The notes below the pieces were generated by a model. That model was given only the letters and a program-made list of their open reading frames with translations, did not search any database and was not told the origin of the DNA. Shown here piece by piece: positions 1 to 10,819 of a DNA stretch of 64,000 bases. The first letter of the stretch is position 1; each line of letters begins with the position of its first letter. The translations under genes were made by a program, and so were the position numbers. Where the stretch lies: the IMG/VR virus record IMGVR_UViG_3300044731_002337, positions 62,001-126,000 of that record, one strand, 5' to 3'.

Positions 1-40
1 GGATTTCGGACTAGATGTAAATCCCGGATTTCGGGCTGGA

Positions 41-791
41 TCACAAGAAGTCATCAAGCGCGTGTAAAAGCCGATAATCGCATAAAGGTGATTGTCTCAA
101 TGTGATGATGGCTTTAAGACGATGGGCTGATTTGAAGGCCGCCTACAATAACTTAATACCGTAAAAAAAATGAAAAAGAAAAAGTAGTACATGATCATAT
201 TGAAGGGAAGTTTGATGAAGAAAATTGGTCGCTGAGGGTAAAATCCATGCCATGTGTAATAAATCAAGGCGTGTAAGAAGATGATGTAAGAGTAATGAAA
301 AATCTTCCGGATAATATGTATCAGTATGATTGACTACAATTCCATATCGTCCACCTAAGAAACTATGAATAACGAAAAAAGGACAAGGTTCATTAAGAAA
401 AAATACCTTGAAGAAGATCACCAGAATGAAGAGTGATGTGTGATGTGCGACGAAATGTTAATAGAGGATAGACAAGAAGTTGGTGTAGTTTCAAGTCGCG
501 CAGATAAATGTGTTGAAGAGATTCTTTAGAGTGAGTGGCAACGTAATTGTAAAGGGCGTTAGTAAGGTCTTGACTATGTTGTGTAGCATAGTCTGGTAAA
601 GGTTCAGGTTGACAACATTTCAAATAAATGGCGGTAACAAATTCTTGAATGCTATACTTGGTAAGTAGTTCATTATTCCCAAAATGGATGAATTGGAATT
701 CACGATAAACATGAATGTCTAGCTTCACCATAAACTTCTCATGTTCTACTGCGAAAAAAAGTTCCGAACACACATCAAAGAAGTGAAACAT
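41..791 (-). CDS. Hypothetical protein, predicted 3 exons (791..407, 354..191, 142..41), about 216 aa
   Basis: ORFs 393..875 (from Met 791) and 143..421 join in frame across a 52-nt GT..AG intron (355..406). A 48-nt GT..AG intron (143..190) leads to a 33-codon open exon ending TGA at 41. TTTCCG motif lies 44 nt upstream of ATG 791. Confidence 0.55.
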
Positions 792-860
792 GGTTTTTGA
801 AACATAAACCCAAAAAAAAAGTAAGTTGAGACATCGGAAAGAAAAAAAAAGGAGAAGAAG

Positions 861-1097
861 ATGTCGGGAATGCAAATTTTTGTCAAGACGTTAACTGGGA
901 AAACCATTACATTGGATGTGGATTCAGCGGATACTGTTGCATCGATAAAGCAAAAAATTCAAGATAAGGAAGGGATTCCACCTGACCAACAGAGATTGAT
1001 ATTTGCAGGGAAACAATTGGAAGATGAACGTACTCTTGCCGATTACAATATTCAGAAGGAGTCGACTCTCCATCTAGTATTACGTTTACGAGGCTAA
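861..1097 (+). CDS. UBI: Ubiquitin variant ending LRLRG (lacks Gly76), with MSG N-terminal extension
   Basis: [17 protein letters not shown]...[41 protein letters not shown]; DNA reads tta cga ggc taa. Confidence 0.97.
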   Translation: MSGMQIFVKTLTGKTITLDVDSADTVASIKQKIQDKEGIPPDQQRLIFAGKQLEDERTLADYNIQKESTLHLVLRLRG

Positions 1098-2435
1098 TTT
1101 GCCTACAAGACTTGAAATAAAAAGTAATCCATAAATTGGTAAAATGGTCCATAAATAACTATTGTCCGTGTGGATTGGCTTTGCACCTTGTTCATTCGTA
1201 GAGGTATTATAATCATTCGTAGAGGTATCTTGTAGTTTCTTACGACGACGAGGTAGTGGGTTTTGATTATTCGTAGAGGTATCTTGTGGTCTTTGAACAG
1301 AATTTGGTCTTGTTTGTGGTCTGTTGTTGTCGTCAAGCCTTGTTTGTGGTGCATGAGAATCACGTTCAATCACCTTCATATCCTTTTCTGCAATTCTCTG
1401 TTCTATGGCGAAGATTTTGGTAAATTCTTCGAAAAAAATGGTATAATTAGAACTTTTTTTGTTCAAATCTGAGTAGATAATGGTGTCAAAGTAGTTGGAA
1501 TACTGTTCAAGCATTTCCCTAATGATTCTCGCCATGAGTGCGCGGTATCTATCTTGTCGTTCTATTTTGCCATCAAACCAAGCAAATGCGCCACATCCAA
1601 TAGGACCAATAAAAAAATGTTTTGTACGTCGTGCTATAGCGGTGAGAAATATGGTAGTCCACATATCGACAATAGCCCATCTCGTTTCCTGTGTAACACA
1701 GCCTTTTTGGCGTTCGTCAAATTGACCCATTTTCACAACATAATCGATATAAGGTTTTTTATCATGAGCGAAGCATGGTGCAGCTGCAGCAATCATGGGT
1801 AGTTTCATAATAGGGTTTTCCGGATCTAAATGAAGGTGAGTCTTGTTTTTACCTTGGTATTCATACTTTCCATATACAGTCACATTAGGACTTACAATAC
1901 ATCTTTTAAAAGGAATAAACTTACGACTATTTGCATACACTGCCTTTTCAAAGTCTTGTTCATGATACAGTCCTTCACGCTGAATAAACTCTTTAGCGTT
2001 ATGTAATGAATAATTGTAGTTAGAACGTCGAAATAAATCTTCTTCTTGTGCGCTAGCTCCTCGACGATAACCTCCACCGACCTGATACGAATTTGCAAAG
2101 TTCAACACCAAACAATCCTCTTGCTTTGCGTTGGGGTTATTTCGTAGAAAGTCATTCACGACCTCAAATGTATCCCCTTCATACATTATAAATCTAGTGC
2201 CTGGCGCTTCTCGTTTACCATGCGGCTTTTCATATGTTTGTTTAGTATAAGGTTCGATAAGGTAGATTTTATCGTCGCGTTGCTGTAAATCATAGATATA
2301 GTATTCCTCACATCCCGTGAGTTCCATATTTGTGTCAACATATCGTGAAATGGCGGTTGATTCTCTTCCATGCTCGTCTACTTCTTCATAGTCTTGTTTA
2401 AAGCCGTGAAGCTTAATATTAAACGATTCAGGCAT
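1086..2435 (-). CDS. Microbial-type PARG / DUF2263 (TIGR02452)-like macrodomain protein with C-terminal hydrophobic anchor
   Basis: [30 protein letters not shown] matches the GGG-x7-QEE macrodomain-PARG signature. Hydrophobic C-terminus [17 protein letters not shown]. Likely start Met 2435, after an A-rich tract. Confidence 0.75.
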   Translation of the reverse strand: MPESFNIKLHGFKQDYEEVDEHGRESTAISRYVDTNMELTGCEEYYIYDLQQRDDKIYLIEPYTKQTYEKPHGKREAPGTRFIMYEGDTFEVVNDFLRNNPNAKQEDCLVLNFANSYQVGGGYRRGASAQEEDLFRRSNYNYSLHNAKEFIQREGLYHEQDFEKAVYANSRKFIPFKRCIVSPNVTVYGKYEYQGKNKTHLHLDPENPIMKLPMIAAAAPCFAHDKKPYIDYVVKMGQFDERQKGCVTQETRWAIVDMWTTIFLTAIARRTKHFFIGPIGCGAFAWFDGKIERQDRYRALMARIIREMLEQYSNYFDTIIYSDLNKKSSNYTIFFEEFTKIFAIEQRIAEKDMKVIERDSHAPQTRLDDNNRPQTRPNSVQRPQDTSTNNQNPLPRRRKKLQDTSTNDYNTSTNEQGAKPIHTDNSYLWTILPIYGLLFISSLVGKLAS

Positions 2436-2491
2436 TCTCACCTTTTTTTTCTTATGGTGAGTTCCGATAACTTTGTGGGTATAGAAAAAGG

Positions 2492-4078
2492 GTGCAGATG
2501 ATACTGTGGGGTGCAAGTCAGTGGAAGTCGACCAGACCTCGAGCGAATGATCGTTATGTTATTGCGTATGAAAACGGCCTGTGGCGAAATGAGATTTACA
2601 TGTCTCCAGAAGGGCAAGTCGCATTGAATGAACAATATCCATGGGTAGACAAGATACGACCAACCATTTCTTTACCCATCAACTTGGAACATACCTTTTC
2701 TGTGATGGAGCGTTCATTGAATACTTTTTTGGAAAATCACGCGCAGACACCTGTAATCAATTCCATTGGAGTTTATGAGCCAAGTGTGGATAAGTTTTTA
2801 ACCTATTTACCAATGAAGCATTTATCCAAACCAAAAAAGGAACACTTGGTTTGTGGTGGCATTATCGTGGGCGCACCAAATACTGGGAGAACCACAAGCT
2901 TATTGCGATTTGTGCAAGGAAGAGGCAAGAGTTTGGTAATTTTGCCTACGTCGGATCGAGAGTTGTTACGTTATTTGGGGTATAATTTTTCAGTGTCATG
3001 GGATAATGAAATGGTGATTATGACGCCAAAAATGGTGAAGCGACATTGGCATGTATTGCAGAATATGGAGTGGCATCATATTGTGATGGATCAATGTTAC
3101 GTGGGCGGTTCATCATGGAAGACAAAATGTGTATGGATCGTATCGAATGACATGTCGCAAGTGAATGAGTGGTGTGAAGTGTTTCAATTGGATGCGGCGT
3201 TTGGAATTACCTTGGATCGATATTTGATGCAACATGCATTGGGAAGTTATGTGGTGTATCTTTGTGGTAAACGTCATCAACGTCACAATTGGCAACTACT
3301 ACCATGTCATTCCGTGATGAAGGATGATTATCCATTATCCTTGGTATTTCGTACAGTCACTCCTGTCGCCTGGTTATTTGCCCTGGAATATCATGAGGTG
3401 GATGAATATGAGTTTCGTAAAGAGTTGAATGGTATTACGTATGAAGTACAAGAGGAAGATACCATGGAAACGGAGTGCATGTTATGTAATGAAGTATCAA
3501 AGGATGTGGTAAATAATCGGGTATGTGAACATTGGATGTGTGGACCTTGCATGTACAAGATTGCGATCAAGTTTGGCAAGTGTCCTTTTTGTACCAAGTC
3601 TTATGATTCGGATGGATACCATGGACGGATGGGACCTCATATACCAACTCAACCTGAACGTCACGTTACCTATGATAAGACACTATTATTTTCCACCATT
3701 CAAGGTGTCGTAGGTCCAGTCGTGATTGTGGTGGATGTCCAAGAAGTACATGAACTCTACATCTTTATGCAATACATGTTGGAAGGACGAAAAGTCGTTG
3801 TAAATGACATTGGGGATATCATGTTAATTACCCCTCGAATACTACGTGAATTGCGACATGCGTTGAAGCCTTCCTTGGTGATTTGTTTAACGTTAAGCAT
3901 GGATATGTTATTTACACTGGAGTTTTACTTTCAATGTACGGTGTCATTTGTAGCGCCTGAACAAAGTTTATCTTCCGTGTTGATTCAACTCCATAATCAT
4001 AACAAGCTATTTGATATCAACAATCACGTTTTGCCTTCGGATATTCAATTATGGAAACTATTTAAACATCAATTTTAA
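2492..4078 (+). CDS. RING-finger protein with degenerate SNF2/RAD5-like helicase remnant
   Basis: C3HC4 RING: CMLC...VCEHWMCGPC...KCPFC. Decayed motif I (GGIIVGAPNTGRTT) and motif II (WHHIVMDQ). Confidence 0.6.
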   Translation: MQMILWGASQWKSTRPRANDRYVIAYENGLWRNEIYMSPEGQVALNEQYPWVDKIRPTISLPINLEHTFSVMERSLNTFLENHAQTPVINSIGVYEPSVDKFLTYLPMKHLSKPKKEHLVCGGIIVGAPNTGRTTSLLRFVQGRGKSLVILPTSDRELLRYLGYNFSVSWDNEMVIMTPKMVKRHWHVLQNMEWHHIVMDQCYVGGSSWKTKCVWIVSNDMSQVNEWCEVFQLDAAFGITLDRYLMQHALGSYVVYLCGKRHQRHNWQLLPCHSVMKDDYPLSLVFRTVTPVAWLFALEYHEVDEYEFRKELNGITYEVQEEDTMETECMLCNEVSKDVVNNRVCEHWMCGPCMYKIAIKFGKCPFCTKSYDSDGYHGRMGPHIPTQPERHVTYDKTLLFSTIQGVVGPVVIVVDVQEVHELYIFMQYMLEGRKVVVNDIGDIMLITPRILRELRHALKPSLVICLTLSMDMLFTLEFYFQCTVSFVAPEQSLSSVLIQLHNHNKLFDINNHVLPSDIQLWKLFKHQF

Positions 4079-4121
4079 ATTTGAAATTTTATTTCGTTTT
4101 TGTTTTTTTTTTGGTTTTCCG

Positions 4122-5231
4122 ATGGGCTTAGGGGGTAAAAGTGAAAAGTGCAAATTCCCAAAAAGACACAAAATGCAACGTTCCTTTACTTGTGGATCCG
4201 AAACGATGGGTGATCGAGTCAAGCAAATCATACCAAGAAGAGTGTTCATGTCTGGTAAAGTGACACCGGAAATCATCAAGTATTTGTCTCATCCCAAGTA
4301 TTCTGAAATTTTGTTTTCGTATCCTCCTTACAATCAATGTGATGAATTGGTTCAAGGATTGGAGTGCTGTGTCAAAAATGTTAAGGAACCTTTTTATACC
4401 ATTTCTCATCACGATACGATTGCCAAGTTGGTTCTTGATCCACAATTTGCGTCCTTTCGTCGGTCTGCTGGGATGAAGGAATTGAAGAGGGAAATGGATT
4501 TGACGGTCTTACTTCGGGCAACTGGAAATGATGGGAGGGATGGAAAAGTGGGCAAGATTGTTGCGTTGCGAGAGTTTTTGAAGTTGAAGGGGTATAAGGA
4601 GCATGCTGATTGCATCAAGGTGTATCAAGAGTACATGTCCAACATTCCAAAAGAAGTCACGGTAGATCTCAAGACGTGCAGTGAATGGCAATCGACCATT
4701 CCTGGAATTCATGCCGGGTTTCGCGACATGCTCGAGTATGATGACATTTTGGGTGTGTTTGGTCCTGGTCGAATTACGGTGGCAAAGTTGGTGGAAATGA
4801 AATTCTTGAATGGGAATGAACCGGAAATCAAGTCTACGTTGTCATGGTTGGCCAAAACATTTATTATCATTCGAGTACCTGGTTCGATGGTGGATTTGCT
4901 CAACTTTTTGAGAGCAATATATTCCACGACCAAGTTTGCAAATCTTTCCATGGAGGAGTTGATTGCCAAGATTATGGCGGATAAGTTTGTGCTTCCGGAT
5001 GATGCCTGGGTTCCAGATGAAGTGTTTGCGGATGGTGAAGTGGATGATGATTTGGCCATTCTACTTCGTCTCTTGGTGTCCAAACGTGAATTGATTCTTA
5101 CGTTGCAAGTACCATTGGATGCGCCATCGAGTGTCTTGGTGTTTTATGATCAGCTACCGAATACCAAGGTGACGAAAGTGTTTGATTCCAACTCCAAAAA
5201 TCTGGACAAGATTCTAGCCAAGGGTTATTAG
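4122..5231 (+). CDS. Hypothetical protein (start 4122 or 4173)
   Basis: Long ORF with globular composition. GGTTTTCCG at 4113..4121 is 52 nt before ATG 4173. Confidence 0.6.
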   Translation: MGLGGKSEKCKFPKRHKMQRSFTCGSETMGDRVKQIIPRRVFMSGKVTPEIIKYLSHPKYSEILFSYPPYNQCDELVQGLECCVKNVKEPFYTISHHDTIAKLVLDPQFASFRRSAGMKELKREMDLTVLLRATGNDGRDGKVGKIVALREFLKLKGYKEHADCIKVYQEYMSNIPKEVTVDLKTCSEWQSTIPGIHAGFRDMLEYDDILGVFGPGRITVAKLVEMKFLNGNEPEIKSTLSWLAKTFIIIRVPGSMVDLLNFLRAIYSTTKFANLSMEELIAKIMADKFVLPDDAWVPDEVFADGEVDDDLAILLRLLVSKRELILTLQVPLDAPSSVLVFYDQLPNTKVTKVFDSNSKNLDKILAKGY

Positions 5232-5246
5232 ATACTAAAAACACCA

Positions 5247-7031
5247 TTATTTTCTCTTCTTGTTTTCTAGTATAGTTGTTAACTCTTTGATGTACCTTTG
5301 AAATTGTTTATCCGTACCATAGCCACTTGATTCCACCAATGATCGATATACTTTTAGCGATTCTGAGGTCAACTTGTGAGGGTAATCTCTCAAGTGTTTA
5401 TACTTGTGACGTAACTGAACCCAATTCGCCTCTTGATTTACTTGTCTAAACTCTGATGGTCCAATAGCTATCTTCTTATTCTCTTTCTTCCTTTCTCTTG
5501 GTGGGTCAGAATTAGTTTCAGGCCTCTTTAATATGCTTTTAGGAATTTGGGGGCTAGGATCAAGATTAACTACAGGGCTTTTGGACTTGGCATTGCGAGG
5601 TTCAGGGTTAGGTTCAGGGTTAGCTTCGGGCCTCTTTGCTACGGGTTGAGGTAGTTCATCATGATTTTTTGGTTTTTTAGGTTTTGTTTTTGTTTTTTTC
5701 TTATCTTTTTTGGTGGGTAGCTTTTCTTTGGTTCGACTTCTCTTTTCAGATTTCGAAAGCCTGTCAGGAAATCTTTGTTGGGGATGTGCTCTGCGCCAAG
5801 TAGCAATAAGATCAATAATGGATTTGGTCAATCGAGTAGCTTTTGATTTAGTATTGGCTACAATATAGTCTGAGACTTCATTTAATAATTCTTCATCCTC
5901 TTCTTTGAAATCAAAATTAGTGAGTAATAGGTGGTATGCATTACCAGCCTTTTCATACTCCTCTTGTGTTGGCTCATGCGCAGGTACAGGTCTTTCTGCA
6001 GATTTAGGCTTCACTTGTTTTTGTGGTGATGATGATGATGATGATGGTGTACGCGACAATGTGACAGTATCTCGATCTGCAAGTTCTCTATCAATGATTT
6101 CGAGTAATGATTTGGATAAGGATTTATATTTGAATCGAGAAGTAGCGTATTGAGCAATAATACGGGCGATAATATCTAACTCCTCTTCCGTCGTTTCATT
6201 ACCATAGTAATCCTGAGCGAGAATGCGAGCCTGTGCTAGTTCGTCATCACTTGGCTCGTCACGACGTGGTAGGCGTAATGGTTTATCAGGCCATACATAT
6301 CCTTCCAATCCACACATCTCACATTCATTCAACTTATCTTTCATGGCAAGGCTCAACCTTTGAAACGTTGCATTCATGTTTGATTTTCGAACTAGGAAAT
6401 CGGTTGCCTCTTGATTATTGTGTACGCCATTAGCTTTGAGTAACCTTCTAGCCAACACTGGTCGTTTTCGTAGCTTTGTTTGTACCACTTGAATAATTGT
6501 AGGATAATCTATTAAATCTGTTAATGGATTGAGTTTATGGGTATTATTGTTCACCAGACGAAGTACTTCCAGAACAACTCTTTTGTATAACATGGGATCA
6601 TCCTCTTGGTTGATATATTCATTTACACGGAGTCGAATAACAGCCTTATATTTACGTGCAGTATCTCTATATTGAGCTAATCCTCTATTGAATTTTGTCT
6701 TTCTATTTTTCCACGTATTGTACACATGGAGTAGTGCAGCAGGTATAATTTCAAATTCATTGATCACTTGGTTCTGTGCATCCTCATCAAAACTCTTCTT
6801 GGGAAAATGAAAATCCTGTTCCTCAATACGGTCAAGTACCAGGTCATCACTGGTATTCAATTGAATTAACTTTTCAAATCGTTCCTTTTCTTCTCGTTTA
6901 ATCTGATTGAATAACCTATACTCTTCTAAATTGGATGGGTCTATTTTTCTCTTGGCATAAGTTTGACCCTTGACAAAGAAATCTGTTTCACTAACTTTGC
7001 CTTGACGAATAGCTTCACGCATTTCCTCCAT
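5247..7031 (-). CDS. Hypothetical Lys/Arg/Pro-rich protein
   Basis: 594-aa ORF with A-rich leader and a basic low-complexity C-terminal third; no family recognised. Confidence 0.7.
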   Translation of the reverse strand: MEEMREAIRQGKVSETDFFVKGQTYAKRKIDPSNLEEYRLFNQIKREEKERFEKLIQLNTSDDLVLDRIEEQDFHFPKKSFDEDAQNQVINEFEIIPAALLHVYNTWKNRKTKFNRGLAQYRDTARKYKAVIRLRVNEYINQEDDPMLYKRVVLEVLRLVNNNTHKLNPLTDLIDYPTIIQVVQTKLRKRPVLARRLLKANGVHNNQEATDFLVRKSNMNATFQRLSLAMKDKLNECEMCGLEGYVWPDKPLRLPRRDEPSDDELAQARILAQDYYGNETTEEELDIIARIIAQYATSRFKYKSLSKSLLEIIDRELADRDTVTLSRTPSSSSSSPQKQVKPKSAERPVPAHEPTQEEYEKAGNAYHLLLTNFDFKEEDEELLNEVSDYIVANTKSKATRLTKSIIDLIATWRRAHPQQRFPDRLSKSEKRSRTKEKLPTKKDKKKTKTKPKKPKNHDELPQPVAKRPEANPEPNPEPRNAKSKSPVVNLDPSPQIPKSILKRPETNSDPPRERKKENKKIAIGPSEFRQVNQEANWVQLRHKYKHLRDYPHKLTSESLKVYRSLVESSGYGTDKQFQRYIKELTTILENKKRK

Positions 7032-7073
7032 TCTTTTTTTTATTTCTATGGGAGAGAAAAAACAATTTTTTTT

Positions 7074-7418
7074 TTATCTTTTTTTTTTGGATACAAATAG
7101 GCTTGATGGTTTGCCTTTCAACTTTTTGCATGATTGTGGTGATGAATCGTCTGGACATCTCTTCCCCATTTGAGATTCAATGGCTAATGCCTTCTGGAGC
7201 ATTTCTTTTGGATTTGATACGCATTCATTAATAGATAAAAGACCAATACGTAGTCCTTGTTCAATGGATATGTCTTGATTTTGTAGACATCCCAACTCTA
7301 TTTGTCGTGTAATCATCTTGGTCGTCAATAATTCATTTCGATCAAGTAGAGGATCTAATGTCATGCGATGTTGGTTGAGCCAGTTGAGTGCCAGAGATCC
7401 GGTTAATTGTTCACACAT
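7074..7418 (-). CDS. Hypothetical protein with basic C-terminus
   Basis: 114-aa ORF; full TTTTGGATTTTCCG motif 44 nt upstream. Confidence 0.55.
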   Translation of the reverse strand: MCEQLTGSLALNWLNQHRMTLDPLLDRNELLTTKMITRQIELGCLQNQDISIEQGLRIGLLSINECVSNPKEMLQKALAIESQMGKRCPDDSSPQSCKKLKGKPSSLFVSKKKR

Positions 7419-7461
7419 TAGGTTTCAATTCAGACAAATAAAAAAAGTTTAGCTCGAGATA

Positions 7462-7475
7462 CGGAAAATCCAAAA
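7462..7475 (-). promoter_or_regulatory. Candidate promoter motif TTTTGGATTTTCCG
   Basis: Reverse complement CGGAAAATCCAAAA; 3' G is 44 nt from ATG 7418. Confidence 0.6.
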
Positions 7476-7489
7476 AAAAAAGTTTATGT

Positions 7490-8524
7490 TTATGAAACAT
7501 ATGGTGTGAGAAAAGTAATGCAATTATGTTGTCCAAAGCGTTGAGCATGACTAAGATATTGTTGAAATGCATGACATCCATGTTCTATCATGTATTGTAC
7601 ACAGTGTACATGTCCATGAGAAATAGCAGCAAGACAATCTACTTCAGAGATAAAGCATCCCTTTTGATGTATATAACGTAAACAATCTAAATGTCCATGT
7701 CTTGCGGCATAAAAAGTGAGTAACGCGTTCCAATTATAATTATGTTCCATGAGATAGGTCAATACGTGTAAATGGCCATTTGCGGCGGCATACAAGGATG
7801 TGATATAGCCGTCGACAGCACATCCTTCACTAATTAAGTATTGTAAGCATTCTAGCCAACCAGCTGCAGCAGCATAAGCACATAGAATGGTGTTTCCAGT
7901 ATGTCCTTTAGTTTTGAGAAATTGTAAGCACTGGATGACCTTGGATTCATTTACAGGTACACGACCCAATTTCCCATTAATACATTGTTCGTTCATTCGG
8001 TAGCATATTCCTTGATCATTGCAACATTCACATATAGGTCCCTCTTGATAAGCATAATTTAGGATGTCTATACTTCCGTGAATCATTGCTAACCATGTTA
8101 CGGAATAGTGGTGCGGTATCCTTGGAATTGCTAAAAAGTCGTGCTGGTGTTGGAATAATTTGCAACCTAATTCCAATGCCTTGATGTAGGCTGGTAAATG
8201 GTTACGTTTGATTGACATGTAAACAATATTTGTATTTGTCTTGAACTTCTTGGGGATTATCTCACAATCATTGTCTAGTAAACGGCAAAAGGAAGTAAAT
8301 GTGGAATATTTATCAAACACGGCCTGCACTAAAGGAATGTCTAGGTACCTATCCAGTTCCTGTAACTTCTTTCGTTGCGATGAAGAAAACTTTTTAGTAT
8401 GGTACTTGCTAAAAAATGTCTTGAGTAATTTTTTTTCATGATTAGAAAGTGTTGGCATGTCTCGTATAGTGATAAGTTTATCTTCGCATGCAACATACAT
8501 GGGACTATATTTGCCAAACTCCAT
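7490..8524 (-). CDS. Ankyrin-repeat protein (giant-virus type)
   Basis: Repeats CAYAAAAGWLECLQYL, YAAANGHLHVLTYL, AARHGHLDCLRYI, AISHGHVHCVQYM. Likely start Met 8524. Confidence 0.8.
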   Translation of the reverse strand: MEFGKYSPMYVACEDKLITIRDMPTLSNHEKKLLKTFFSKYHTKKFSSSQRKKLQELDRYLDIPLVQAVFDKYSTFTSFCRLLDNDCEIIPKKFKTNTNIVYMSIKRNHLPAYIKALELGCKLFQHQHDFLAIPRIPHHYSVTWLAMIHGSIDILNYAYQEGPICECCNDQGICYRMNEQCINGKLGRVPVNESKVIQCLQFLKTKGHTGNTILCAYAAAAGWLECLQYLISEGCAVDGYITSLYAAANGHLHVLTYLMEHNYNWNALLTFYAARHGHLDCLRYIHQKGCFISEVDCLAAISHGHVHCVQYMIEHGCHAFQQYLSHAQRFGQHNCITFLTPYVS

Positions 8525-8668
8525 TTGTTGGTTTGTTTTATTTTTGTTTTGTTTATTCAAGTTGGTTTTGTAAAGCGCATGAAAAGAGATGTTCATTCCG
8601 AGATACGGTCGATAAATTGTGGGATTTGGCGAAGAGCGTGATTGCTAAATGTCCAATGTCTTGTCATA

Positions 8669-9099
8669 TCACCTTGTTTGTTCAAGGCGAAAAAAAGTGA
8701 ATATAGTTCCACCTTGACCATTGAATTCATGCAATAGCTGTTGATCGACTCGGTATACTACTTCTGATTTGAGTAGTATAGCAAGGCATTCTGTACAATT
8801 GTTGTGCATTGCCATGTGAAGTGTTTCCACTGGAACGAAGTAGTTTATGACGACCTGAATGTGTACATGCAGCTCTCCAAAAATCACATCCAACCAGTAC
8901 TTGTAACTATAATAATAATACAATGAGGAAAAACATGTGTTACCCTATGAGGTGGAATGGGATGCCTCTGTAAATATTCCAACATGTAGTCCCACGCATT
9001 TTCGTAGCAAAGTTCGAGAATGGGTTTTTCTTTTTCCATTTCCATCTTGTCAATTTGGATGGCTAATCCCCAACTAGTGACGTGATGCATAGTCTCCAT
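8669..9099 (-). CDS. Small ankyrin-like protein, predicted 2 exons (9099..8944, 8899..8669)
   Basis: Overlapping ORFs in different frames join via a 44-nt GTAACA..CAAG intron (8900..8943): PPHR|YWLD. LHMAMHNNCTECLAILL is ankyrin-like. Confidence 0.5.
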
Positions 9100-9189
9100 T
9101 TCCTAAAAAATTTGATCCCATGTTTGGTGTCTTGGATGGAACATGGGGCTGACCCGGAAAAAAATAATTAGCCATTAAAAGAAAAAGAG

Positions 9190-9867
9190 ATGGGTACTAC
9201 AAATTCAGTTGATCAAAAATATGGAAAACTAAGTAATGGGAAAGATAACAGCTATCGGGTACCATCGAAATCAAGCCTACATCATAATGATACTACCGAA
9301 GAAGTCTTGGATTTGAAAAAAGTTAATATATATACGTTAGCTACACGACCACAAACAAACGGAGTAACAGAGCTTACAGTATATAATGTGTCAGAAGAGA
9401 CAATGTCACTTAGTCCAGAATTTATTATAGAAAATGATGGTGTGATCAAGTGTAATATACCATTGTATGAAGGCAAACCAATGAAGTTTACATCACAAGG
9501 CATATATAATAGTCAAGGTGATAGGATTCGTACACCTCGATACCCGGATTTTGTAACCAAGGTAATTATGTTGAGTAAAAAGCATGATCGAAATATATGG
9601 CATTATAAGGCAGTTCCAAGGGCGATAATAGTGTATATGCCTATATTGGATTATGATTTTGGTATAACATTGTATCGTAATGGGGATGAAAATCGAAATT
9701 GGGGACCATTCTTTGTTGGATTATACCGTGGTATCATTTCAAAAAGCTCAACCGAACATTATCATCCACAAACAGATCCATTAGCTCGTACAGCCACTAA
9801 TCCCTATTTTGATCGAAAAGCTTTTAAATACATGCTTGAATTTGCTAAGGATCCACCTGAGACATGA
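9190..9867 (+). CDS. Hypothetical protein
   Basis: 225-aa ORF with A-rich leader, begins MGT; no family recognised. Confidence 0.6.
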   Translation: MGTTNSVDQKYGKLSNGKDNSYRVPSKSSLHHNDTTEEVLDLKKVNIYTLATRPQTNGVTELTVYNVSEETMSLSPEFIIENDGVIKCNIPLYEGKPMKFTSQGIYNSQGDRIRTPRYPDFVTKVIMLSKKHDRNIWHYKAVPRAIIVYMPILDYDFGITLYRNGDENRNWGPFFVGLYRGIISKSSTEHYHPQTDPLARTATNPYFDRKAFKYMLEFAKDPPET

Positions 9868-10150
9868 TCCTTGAATATTCTGGGTTACGACTAAAGCTGG
9901 TTTCGAGCATGGCTTCCTTATTGATAGGGTAGTTAAGAGTAAGTAGGAATTGTAGACATTCCATGGCATCCCATCCAATCGCCAAAGCAATGGCTCGATG
10001 AGTACCGCGATATCCTAGGGAATGTAAGGTCTTCACCATGTCGTAACGATTCAATGTAATAGCATAATCAAAGTGATGAGGTGTAATTTTGTATTGACGA
10101 TGATATTTGGATACAGCTTCACAGTTATTATCAATTATGGCTTGTAACAT
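9845..10150 (-). CDS. Small ankyrin-like protein
   Basis: FDYAITLNRYDMVKTLHSLGY and AIALAIGWDAMECLQFLL resemble degenerate ankyrin repeats. Likely start Met 10150. Confidence 0.5.
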   Translation of the reverse strand: MLQAIIDNNCEAVSKYHRQYKITPHHFDYAITLNRYDMVKTLHSLGYRGTHRAIALAIGWDAMECLQFLLTLNYPINKEAMLETSFSRNPEYSRIMSQVDP

Positions 10151-10207
10151 TCCGATAACTAATTTGATGTGATTTCTTTTTGTTTGATTGATTGATTGAT
10201 TGAGTTG

Positions 10208-10802
10208 ATGGCTGAAAGGAAACGTGTGTGGAAGCATTCGGATCCAAAGAAGGAAACGAAGAAGAAGAAGAGAAGGAAGATAGAGGAGGCAAAGATTCCA
10301 ATGGAAAAGGGGGAGATTTATTCGGATGGAAATTGTTTGCGTAATGGTTATCCTGATGCAAAAGCGGGAACAGGAGTTGCTGCTATATTGAGTGATGGAA
10401 CATTGTTTGCATTGGGTTTAAAATTACCTGGAGTGAAGCAAACAAATAATCGGGCAGAACTATTAGGTCTTTTACTAAGTATGTGTATGGCAGATGATCA
10501 AGGTAAAACGAAAAGAAATGTAATGTGCTGATTTATTTTATTTTCTTTTTTGTGTAGTGGAAACCATGATTGTGTCGGATTCGTTATTATCGATTCAATT
10601 GGTAACGGGGGAAGCAAATCCAAAAGAAAATATCGATTTGGTGGAATCATGTCGAACTATGTGGAAATATAAGCCCAAAGTTTCGTTTCAATGGGTCAAA
10701 GGTCATGAAGATCATAAAGGAAATTTATTGGCAGACGAATTAGCGGATGAAGTTATCAGAGGTTCAGAACGTATTGTGCATCATGAACCCAAGGAACCAT
10801 AA
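10208..10802 (+). CDS. rnhA: Ribonuclease HI, 2 exons (10208..10502, 10558..10802)
   Basis: Catalytic motifs YSDG, TNNRAEL, SDS, WVKGH..GN..AD.LA are split over two ORFs and rejoined by a 55-nt phase-1 GT..AG intron. Confidence 0.9.
10503..10557 (+). other. Spliceosomal-type intron in RNase H (55 nt)
   Basis: CAAG|GTAAAA...GCTGATTTATTTTATTTTCTTTTTTGTGTAG|TG; removal restores the frame. Confidence 0.85.
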
Positions 10803-10819
10803 CAATACAAAAATCTGTT

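Noticed and set aside
1-40. GGATTTCGG twice and a CCCG-GATTT-CGGG mini-hairpin
   Set aside because: Only a 4-bp stem at the window edge; cannot distinguish terminator from promoter variant or chance.
5020-5080. DGEVDDDLAILL as a nucleoside-hydrolase motif
   Set aside because: That motif is N-terminal in the family, and no other family motifs were seen.
8907-8943. 37-nt intron using the first TAG acceptor
   Set aside because: It leads into a non-protein-like frame; the acceptor at 8900 restores the ankyrin-like frame.
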